From a virus: DNA of 64,000 nt. Of this stretch, positions 57,001 through 64,000 are shown piece by piece. Below the pieces are notes generated by a model, which had not been told where the DNA came from, ran no database searches, and saw nothing but the letters and a program-made list of their open reading frames with translations. The DNA lies in the UHGV virus genome UHGV-0034108. One strand, written 5' to 3'. The stretch's first letter is position 1; each line of letters opens with the position of its first letter. A program made the translations under genes and the position numbers.

Positions 57001-60000
57001 TGCTTCTGCATGCAACGCACTCCTCTCTTTATCCAAATGCGACTTGGAAGGGTAAGATGCCAGGTTGGAAGAATCCAAAGACCGGGCAGTTTGAGACCTT
57101 TGGTTCAAAACAGAATGTCGTCTATCTTGAAGATGACAAGGCTGTGTCTGCGGTGCTCGATGACATAAAGGAAATGCTTGGACAACTGAAGGCGGAGAAG
57201 GTGATAAGTGCGACACAATATGAGCAGATGATTGACGCATACTCTAACATCAAGGTGACTGACGGACAGGGATTCCGCACTCTTGATTCATATAGGGCAA
57301 TCATGATTCAGGCTGCACAATGGACTGATGAACTTGAAAGAGCCTATATTCGCATAAAGGATGGTATGCCTCAGCCGCAGGATATAAACAAGTTCATGCA
57401 CGGAATCAAGCCTGTATATACAGGCTATGAGACTGTAGCTCCATTCAAAGGTCAGAAGCCTGTCAGGTTAACGGTGCTTCATAAATATTCGGAGTGTGTT
57501 CTTCTTCCTGTTGAACTGGCAAAGTACTGTCTCAAGGCTAAGTCTGCACCTCTGATGGCATTTGATGAAGTACAGAAACGACTTGCAAAAGACGGTAAGA
57601 GGGTGGATATGTTCCTCATGCACAGTGGGGGAAAAGTCGGTGCGTTCTCTATCGTCAATCCGTTTGATAAGTATAAGACAACTGGAGAAAGAAAATATAA
57701 GACGGCAGATGAGATTGCTGATTGTATTTATAACAGCGTGACTTCAAGCCCGACAGCTATACATGAGTTCGATATGAACGGTTACGGAATAGCTGCATCT
57801 GTATCTCACGAAACTGCTGACGAGAAGATTTCTATGGCATCACAGGCTGAGAAAGTCGGAATGGCTAACATCTCGGATGGCGACACTGTAACCATACGCG
57901 GAAAGCAGATGAGTGCCCGCGATGCACGGGAGCTGTACTATCAGACCAAAGCTGCTGATACTATAGAGACGTATCAGAAATTGCGTGAGACATTCGTGAA
58001 CTCAGATGAACTTGATAAGATGTTCAGAGAGGAGATAGCACAGAAGGCGTACTCTCCAATGGAGATACAGTTTGCCCTTCAACATCTTTCAAATGGGCAA
58101 TGGGCTATGCCGTTGTTCGCTCCGAACATAGAGCATCAGGTGCAGGAACTGCTTGCATCTGTGATAAAGAAGCGTCTTACAAAGCCAAAGAACAAAGGAG
58201 CAAATATACTTCAAGCTACCGGTCTTGGTATGGATATAGACGCGAGTCCATTCGAGGGTAATGATACTCTGTCTGAAGAGGATAAGCTACGTGTTGTGTT
58301 TGAGGGTACAGGTGCTAACAAGAGAATAAAGTATGTTGAGGTTTTCATGCCGATTCATGACCGCAGACTTGCGATGTTTGCAGAGAAGAACGGAGGGATA
58401 AGTCCGGCTCGTTTGAGAAAACTCGTTGCTGATGGTACAATACCGGAATCAATGCTGGAGTTCGTAGCATATCGTACACCTTCAGATGCAGAACACTCCG
58501 TGATACCTTGTAGGGTAAAAGGCTTCACCGCGAATGTTGAAGGTGCTACACTTGAGATGCCGAAGGAGATAATGGTGATGACTGGTCACGACTATGATGG
58601 TGACAAGATGAGATGTCATTTTAAGAACTTCCGCGTTGTTGATAAAAATGATGATGATACAAACTTCAGTGATGTAGACTACCTGCGCATGGTTCTTGGC
58701 CAAATGGATGTAGAGAACAGCAGGTTTATGAAATGTGTTGTTTATGAGTATGATTATGATAGATCTCCGCTTGAGAACTCCCCTGCTGCAAGAAACAACG
58801 CAAGGGTAGAGATATTCTTCTCGCAGCTTACATCTCCAGAAGGCTCACGCAGAGTTCTCATTCCTGGTGGATGCGATGAAACGAAAATCATTGCGAAGTC
58901 TATGTTCCTCACAAGAGCTGCCTCAGACGACAGGGTGAAGGATGTCATTGCAGATGTTCTTCAATCTCAAGGTATGTCTGAACGAGATGCTCGTTTGGCA
59001 GTAAGGAACTCTTCATCTCTGTATGATACTCTTGTTAGACGTGATGACGGGCAGTTGTCAGATATAATGAAGGCGGTTAATGGATACGAGACCCCTTATT
59101 CGCTGAAGCACTCTGTAGACTCCTTCGAGTATATCATGGGTGGTGCTGAGATGATAGGTATATATGCTATGTACAATTCAGCATTTCAGATGTTCCAACG
59201 TCTTAACCTGAACTATAATACTATAAATTCAAAGGGGGAGGAATATGATGTATCTCTTCTCGGACATAAATACGGACATCTTTTCGATATTAAGAACCAC
59301 AGAGGAAGGCTTGCATCGCTTGGTCTTGCAAGGCTTCTGAATGCTGCTGTCGATAATGGAAAGGATCCTGTACTTGGATATTTGCATCAGTCACCGGAAA
59401 TGGCGAAGCTTACTGTGTTTATGCTTGCGGCAGGATCTACTGAGGAGGAGGTTCATCTCGTGATGAACCAGCCGGCTGTGATTGAGTTGACTAACCGGCT
59501 AAAGTCTAAAGAGTCTTTGGGAATGCACACTGAAGTGCAAGATTTGCTTCAGGAGATTGCAGGGACAGGACTTGATAGTAACAGTAAGACGCCGATGACT
59601 GATACAAGGTATTACTACAAGCCTCTCGATATTGTATCTAAGATGACGAGAGATGACTTTACAGGAAATCTCGGAAAGACATTTGGTGAGATTCTTATTG
59701 GAAGTGACGAGGATGCAATAAGGCAGCAGGCTGCTGTGCTTCAGTTCCTTCATCATATTAATAGTGCAGCAAACGATATTGCGGACTTTGTGAGGTACAC
59801 GAGACCCGAATCTGCAAGCGGAGCTATAGGAACGACAGTTGCGAATATAATATCAAAGGAAATAGCTCTCAATGAGTTCAGAGCAAAAATAGAAAACAAG
59901 AATTATACTACTATAACCGGAATGCAGGATGTACTTGCAAAACGAAATGTAGAGGCAGGATGGGAGTCATCATACCTTAATGGAGTTATAGGCAACAAGC

Positions 60001-63000
60001 TTCCGGAAGTGGTGGCGTTGAACGCATTGATGATTGACAGTGCCAGAGATATGTTCTTGCCGTTCTTCCCTCAAGCAAGACAGTCGTGGGTAGATGTAGC
60101 TACCAAAGTCGCAAAGCTGTATGATTACAGAACGGTATCTGAGGATTTGCTGAAGAAGATTATGAACGATATGATTCTTTGGAAACTTCTTTCTGACAGA
60201 CAATTTACGACCGGAGATCCACAGGTGGAGCAGAAGAGAGTTATCGTTGATGTACCTAAAGACCTGCGTGACCTCAAGGCAAGGATAGAAACAGCGCACA
60301 AGAATCCGGGTACTGATCCGGCTGCTGAAGCGCTGTACGGTAATGCGTTCCTCAATAAGTTTAGGTTGGTATCTCCGGAAGAGGAAAAGAATCCACGTTT
60401 GATGTTTATCATGGACGGTGCCCCTGCTGAGGGTTCTCGTGATATGATAACTTCATCATGGGGACAGATGCTTCGGTTGAAAGACGAGAAGATAAACCAG
60501 CTTGCTGTAGATTTGTTCAAATACAATATATACACAAACGGCTTTGCATACGGTATGTATGAGTTCGCGCATTTTGCTCCTATGAATGTGCTTCAACGTA
60601 CTATGGAGTATGTACCTGCATTGAGGAGGATGCTCAAGTCGAACTGGCGTAACGATGCTGATACTGTGAACTTCATCAATCAGTATATCATGAATCACTG
60701 GGGCGAGGAAAGACTCGTCCAGAAAGTACAGTCAAGCAGTCTGAAGATTCTCGGAAAGACTGATGAGGGTGGTGATGAACGACTGATGTTGTCTCCGGCA
60801 AATGACAAGAGTGTACTTGAAGCGATAGGAAATCAGATGTATCTCGTTGTGACAAGACCGGGAAGTAAATCAAAGAATGGCAGAGGAAGCAAGACTGTGC
60901 AGACTTTGTATCGTGTTGAGGCGGGAACAGCAGAAGCTCCTATAATTCTTACGAAGGCGGCTAAGCTTGGAGGTATGACAAGAAGGCGACAGGTGACAAG
61001 ACAGTATAATCCTACCGTTGACTATCATTTCGTTCAGGCTGTCACTCCAGGAAATGACTCTGCTTGGGGAGTACTCAATGACCTTGAATTGCGTGAGGCA
61101 CAGGCACTTCCTCCTTCTGAAGCAGATATAGACCGTATCACTTCCTCTGATGAGACTGCAAAGATAGCCGAATACAAGGCAGGTTTCAAACTTGATCCGC
61201 TTTCAATCTTTGGACCTGCAATGAAGCCGAAGGAGCAGAGGCAGGCACAGGAGAAGGCAGCAAAGGTGACAAGAAGTGACTCGCAGATAGAGAGGCTTGC
61301 AAAGCTTTCTGGAAATGTGGAACAGAAACAGACTGAGACCACTGAAGCGTCTGAGAATGATGGGAGGTTCGATCTTATGCCGGAGGAGAGGGATGATAGT
61401 ACTGTTCCTGTTGGCTTCGGAGACTTCTTCGGTTTCGGAGCAGGAGTTGACTCTGAAGCTCTTAAAGCAGCTGTTGTCAGATCTTCTGAAACTGATGCTG
61501 AGACTTCCGAATCGGAAGAGAAATTATCCAAAGAGGATACAGATAAATATAAGAATAACGGGCAGATGTTGAGTATAGTTCGCAGAGACGAGAAGGGAGA
61601 GTTCATCACAGAGGAAGTCCCTGCTACCCCGGATAATGTCCGTCTTTCAAGAAGACAGCGGACTTTTGTCGAGCTGAACGAGAAACTCGAACATATACTC
61701 AACAAGCATGGCGTTGGAATCGGAACTCTTTACAGTGCCGAGGCTCGTGTGCATTTTGGCGGTGTCGCTGACTTTGAGACTGCCGATGTCACCGCTGCCG
61801 GTCTCGTTGAACTGATAAGGATTGCCGAGGGCTACGAAGGTGAACAGGCTCTACCTGAGGAGTTCGCCCATGTTGCGCTTGAGATGCTCGGCCATGACCA
61901 TCCGCTTGTGAAAAGGCTTCTTGCTGCGATAGACTCAAGTGACGAGGCCTTGCAGGAGGCATACAACGGGCTGTATAATGAGTATGTCAAGATGTATGGC
62001 GAGGACAACAAGGCAAAGCTTGTATTGGAGGCAGCCGGAAAGCTCGTTGCCAAGCATCTCTTCCTTGAGCAGGAGATACAGACAAATGTCATAAAGAGAC
62101 TTGTCAGTCGTGTATGTGATGCAATAAAGGATTTCTTCCGTAAGTTCAGTCGTGACGAGGTTCAGAATGCCATCTTCGACGCAAACAGAATAGCATCTAA
62201 GATTGCGAGGGAGATGCTTGGAGGGCGACTTGCTGACGAAATGAGTCTTGAGAATATAGCTACACGTGACAAGCTCTTTAGTAAAGTTCAGAAAGACCTC
62301 ACAGGAAAGCAAGATGTGTTGTCGAAGCTTCTCAAGACAGAAACTAAGCGTCTTGCCATTCTGAAGAAACGTCTCGGATACGCTAACAAGGGAGCATCGC
62401 AGGCATCACTACAGGCAGCTGAAGCTCAGGTAACGAAGCTGAAGTCCGCTATTGATAATCATAAGACGGAAGAGGCTGTACTCTCATATTTGAATGATTC
62501 TCTTGACTTCCTTGCAAAGACGGAGAAGTCTCTTGATGATGCAGTGAACTCCGGAAGACCGATGAACTCTGTATGTCGAAAGCTCAACACCGTGCGCGAT
62601 ACTATATACAGTTATGCAAGGGCGATAGATGATGTACGTACAGCATTGAATGATGGTGAACTTACCGATACAACTGGGTTGGTTGATACTTTGGAGCAAG
62701 TATCTCTTGTTGTGTCAAGGTTCAATGATAAGTACACTAAACTCGCAAGAACATATTTCGAGGAGATGCTGTCAAGTGTTTATGGTGAACACGGAAAAAC
62801 GGTTGAGATTGGAAAGCACAAGGGGCAGGTTATCTCTATACATGATATGGCGAGGAAAGCAGACCGCGACATCTCATTTGCTTCACGATGGTTCTATGCT
62901 ATCGCTGACTGCAATGACTATGTGCTAAAGGCTGTTGATGATGTAGTTCGTGGTGCAAAGGTTCGTGCACGCAGAAAGGCACTTGAAGTTCGGCCAAGAA

Positions 63001-64000
63001 TCGAAGCTGCGATTGCAGACCTGCAACGTGCTACAGGTTCACGCGATCAGAGTTTTATGTTTGAAAGGGATAAGGATGGCAAACGTACTGGATTATACTT
63101 GAAACCTGAAATTGCGAAGAAACAGCTTACTCCTGCACAGTTCAAGTTTTATAGCGAGATGATGGCTATAAAGGCTGATGCTGACAAGTGTATCCCGTCG
63201 TCACTTTATCGTGAGGACCATCTGAATATGGTAATGCTACGTAAGTACACCTTTGATAAGATAAAAGATGCTGATGGTCTTGGTGATAAAGCTCTTGAAG
63301 CTTGGGAAGGAATCAAGAATATGGTGATGGACACATCTGATAATTTCGATCCGGAGAACCATGAGGTTGCTGTTGACTTCCAGGGTAATAGAATTGATAT
63401 GCTTCCAGTGAAGTTCGTCCTCAAAGGAAAGAATGAGAGTTTCGACGATATGACAGAGGACGTTGCTACATCAATGATGACTTATGCAGGAATGGCATAT
63501 GAGTATAATGAACTCAATGGTGTAGTTGCGATGCTTGAGAATGCGAAGTACATGGCTGCTGAGCGTGATGTTATTCAAAAGACTGGTAATAGAACGCAGC
63601 GTGAGTCCATAGAGACTGATGAAGCTGCGTTCCGTGAGCCGTTTACAAAGAAGGCTGCGAGGTTACATGCTCAGGCTGCACTTGAGGACTTCTTCTATAT
63701 GCACGTCTATGGACATCGTGCAGCAAATGAAGGCACCTTTGGAAACACAAGGATTTCGAAGAGAAAAGTTGTGGACACAATAAACAATGTTGTGTCGCTC
63801 TCACAAATGGCTCTTAATATACCACAGCGAATCTCGAATGTGACTACAGGTTTGATGCAGGTTGTCATCGAATCCGCGGGGCGAGAAGTATACAATACCA
63901 AAGATGCTGCATGGGCTTCTGCTGTTTACATGAAAGAGTCGGGAGATAGACTTGTTCAGACAGGAAAGACTGATTACGATAATAAGTTGTCCTTGTGGAT
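54057..64000 (+). CDS. Giant virion-type RNA polymerase (crAss-like vRNAP family), 3'-truncated by the window end (more than 3314 aa)
   Basis: ATG at 54057 preceded by an in-frame TAA at 54042. Frame is open to 64000. Residues about 1465-1520 read AYRTPSDAEHSVIPCRVKGF...MVMTGHDYDGDKM. This matches the beta-prime double-psi beta-barrel catalytic region R.PS.H..S....NADFDGDQM. The DYDGD codons are at 58590-58604. Confidence 0.85.
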   Translation, partial: MLEVCPSPVSYQNDPRFQKLMESYKDRHYPAHFVMMSIIDCREYYDYDEDWIPDTPAEKAVLTKYIKYHMLNHKLSRTDSKMDQEHYEAMYDTLYTNFTPQQLNNRLELLATTFRQVVDLKEATDVTERSRKDIIMAQSNERGNAYVNIMREVFDLIAKAANSVTMFHRLAKGIPVGDPRRIELAHKANEIADKAMQMIDFKEQLVALAAPRIGEMEGFAVSVKDMNVSFDEQADEESETLSEEGESATDGQDTEEGMKGERYTDFRVLKLMETLSPRCRRFLSTIRRTDANGHYTVDDMQMPQYVGGRQAAIVLRRALVNSTPETFMSDLETAAERNSWVNELIRRLKAEPDMQALVYCDMKKAESTYVYDNFVDGKLLPRIANSRSAGFVLMREAGNNMTGGWVLDEKYSLYEPDGTIVSREKLRDIGKEFDAVVTPDIKEELRFINLVKGGDRFSQKYVWQQTVNAYGPDSTAVKYGAEPRYLDYLLLEPVDAMKEFLRRHPELPEKLALFARGAGFDITANDIRVSAVQEMTQKSWELLRGFEHRHDKKDKNKLIQIIRGLNSMIGYAQATYDYYGVRTGQYLYNTATSAMKLLNSCIALSKYNEVENRVLNEGKTLSAYNNVNLLHQVVDDLSNKKGLEEDDYNKMMEDKYLQFEGMSLGYGDKRKATGWLKRLIQPNPNPALDHWRSNVKVIDCIGYNHVEYSKMTTSQKLINAMAMYFESQQFDNMPAFEVPIQSDYTTAYNFITMYGINYDAYEPAVVVELERLTKEAGDDEEKKKEIKDWYDKMIKSDHTELHLDFVYTLNEHKYVSRLVDALADEVLIELERIDAIEKRVAARGELLTVYERQGRKFQIFPEFNDNGFRKKYSEFADAQEARDFVCDQIAEQLRKVLDADIAKIEQEKVLQHPAMKQIKDPNGSGENMYAENGTFAELPVGSQQMLVGFCLNTFYARQQMIKIFTGGMEQFNGLLDYEKRNMLLHATHSSLYPNATWKGKMPGWKNPKTGQFETFGSKQNVVYLEDDKAVSAVLDDIKEMLGQLKAEKVISATQYEQMIDAYSNIKVTDGQGFRTLDSYRAIMIQAAQWTDELERAYIRIKDGMPQPQDINKFMHGIKPVYTGYETVAPFKGQKPVRLTVLHKYSECVLLPVELAKYCLKAKSAPLMAFDEVQKRLAKDGKRVDMFLMHSGGKVGAFSIVNPFDKYKTTGERKYKTADEIADCIYNSVTSSPTAIHEFDMNGYGIAASVSHETADEKISMASQAEKVGMANISDGDTVTIRGKQMSARDARELYYQTKAADTIETYQKLRETFVNSDELDKMFREEIAQKAYSPMEIQFALQHLSNGQWAMPLFAPNIEHQVQELLASVIKKRLTKPKNKGANILQATGLGMDIDASPFEGNDTLSEEDKLRVVFEGTGANKRIKYVEVFMPIHDRRLAMFAEKNGGISPARLRKLVADGTIPESMLEFVAYRTPSDAEHSVIPCRVKGFTANVEGATLEMPKEIMVMTGHDYDGDKMRCHFKNFRVVDKNDDDTNFSDVDYLRMVLGQMDVENSRFMKCVVYEYDYDRSPLENSPAARNNARVEIFFSQLTSPEGSRRVLIPGGCDETKIIAKSMFLTRAASDDRVKDVIADVLQSQGMSERDARLAVRNSSSLYDTLVRRDDGQLSDIMKAVNGYETPYSLKHSVDSFEYIMGGAEMIGIYAMYNSAFQMFQRLNLNYNTINSKGEEYDVSLLGHKYGHLFDIKNHRGRLASLGLARLLNAAVDNGKDPVLGYLHQSPEMAKLTVFMLAAGSTEEEVHLVMNQPAVIELTNRLKSKESLGMHTEVQDLLQEIAGTGLDSNSKTPMTDTRYYYKPLDIVSKMTRDDFTGNLGKTFGEILIGSDEDAIRQQAAVLQFLHHINSAANDIADFVRYTRPESASGAIGTTVANIISKEIALNEFRAKIENKNYTTITGMQDVLAKRNVEAGWESSYLNGVIGNKLPEVVALNALMIDSARDMFLPFFPQARQSWVDVATKVAKLYDYRTVSEDLLKKIMNDMILWKLLSDRQFTTGDPQVEQKRVIVDVPKDLRDLKARIETAHKNPGTDPAAEALYGNAFLNKFRLVSPEEEKNPRLMFIMDGAPAEGSRDMITSSWGQMLRLKDEKINQLAVDLFKYNIYTNGFAYGMYEFAHFAPMNVLQRTMEYVPALRRMLKSNWRNDADTVNFINQYIMNHWGEERLVQKVQSSSLKILGKTDEGGDERLMLSPANDKSVLEAIGNQMYLVVTRPGSKSKNGRGSKTVQTLYRVEAGTAEAPIILTKAAKLGGMTRRRQVTRQYNPTVDYHFVQAVTPGNDSAWGVLNDLELREAQALPPSEADIDRITSSDETAKIAEYKAGFKLDPLSIFGPAMKPKEQRQAQEKAAKVTRSDSQIERLAKLSGNVEQKQTETTEASENDGRFDLMPEERDDSTVPVGFGDFFGFGAGVDSEALKAAVVRSSETDAETSESEEKLSKEDTDKYKNNGQMLSIVRRDEKGEFITEEVPATPDNVRLSRRQRTFVELNEKLEHILNKHGVGIGTLYSAEARVHFGGVADFETADVTAAGLVELIRIAEGYEGEQALPEEFAHVALEMLGHDHPLVKRLLAAIDSSDEALQEAYNGLYNEYVKMYGEDNKAKLVLEAAGKLVAKHLFLEQEIQTNVIKRLVSRVCDAIKDFFRKFSRDEVQNAIFDANRIASKIAREMLGGRLADEMSLENIATRDKLFSKVQKDLTGKQDVLSKLLKTETKRLAILKKRLGYANKGASQASLQAAEAQVTKLKSAIDNHKTEEAVLSYLNDSLDFLAKTEKSLDDAVNSGRPMNSVCRKLNTVRDTIYSYARAIDDVRTALNDGELTDTTGLVDTLEQVSLVVSRFNDKYTKLARTYFEEMLSSVYGEHGKTVEIGKHKGQVISIHDMARKADRDISFASRWFYAIADCNDYVLKAVDDVVRGAKVRARRKALEVRPRIEAAIADLQRATGSRDQSFMFERDKDGKRTGLYLKPEIAKKQLTPAQFKFYSEMMAIKADADKCIPSSLYREDHLNMVMLRKYTFDKIKDADGLGDKALEAWEGIKNMVMDTSDNFDPENHEVAVDFQGNRIDMLPVKFVLKGKNESFDDMTEDVATSMMTYAGMAYEYNELNGVVAMLENAKYMAAERDVIQKTGNRTQRESIETDEAAFREPFTKKAARLHAQAALEDFFYMHVYGHRAANEGTFGNTRISKRKVVDTINNVVSLSQMALNIPQRISNVTTGLMQVVIESAGREVYNTKDAAWASAVYMKESGDRLVQTGKTDYDNKLSLW

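Noticed and set aside
1-64000. CRISPR array, diversity-generating retroelement, integrase or attachment site
   Set aside because: No spaced direct-repeat array. No reverse transcriptase or tyrosine/serine recombinase motif in any frame. There is no evidence for a temperate lifestyle or a retroelement within this window.

Overview
This window reads as about 64 kb of a crAss-like (Crassvirales-type) podophage genome from a Bacteroidota host. Nothing here was searched against a database; every call rests on motifs read directly from the translations and the nucleotide sequence.

Overall layout:
- Positions 1-17614 are a minus-strand replication and accessory module. The recognisable genes are a PD-(D/E)XK nuclease, a MoxR-like AAA+ ATPase paired with a vWA/HExxH protein, a DnaG-like primase, an SSB-like protein with an acidic DDDDLPF tail, an SF2 helicase, a Sak4-like ATPase and a DnaB-like helicase.
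- A run of small accessory genes follows. Beside it sits an IS1595-family insertion sequence with perfect 14-bp terminal inverted repeats, then an ORF-free stretch of roughly 900 bp packed with hairpins and short repeats.
- Positions 17615-18594 form a divergent region containing G-rich tracts, two tandem small membrane proteins and a strong terminator.
- The plus-strand module (18595 to the window end) encodes a large Cys/His protein, a terminase large subunit, a DUF1064-like nuclease and scaffold-like and capsid candidates. It continues with giant virion proteins of 1593 aa and 1899 aa and an uninterrupted ORF of more than 3300 aa running off the window end.
- That final ORF contains a YRTP...HS...GHDYDGDKM stretch matching the catalytic double-psi beta-barrel motif of multisubunit RNA polymerase beta-prime (NADFDGDQM), as in crAss-like virion RNA polymerases.

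Supporting observations:
- Bacteroidota-type promoter motifs (TTTG, then a 17-19 nt spacer, then TAnnTTTG) precede several plus-strand genes.
- No tRNA, CRISPR array, integrase or reverse transcriptase was recognisable.

Most worth a second look:
- the MoxR/vWA-metallopeptidase pair inside the replication module;
- the IS1595 insertion in a phage backbone;
- two large ORF-poor, structured regions (16343-17220 with iteron-like repeats; a GC-rich island at 20870-21420 with a 15-bp near-perfect hairpin);
- a candidate lysis/exclusion cluster at the module boundary;
- a shared GG..(R/N)(R/K)FDGGG motif in two virion proteins;
- a triple 11-bp tandem repeat creating three nested start codons.
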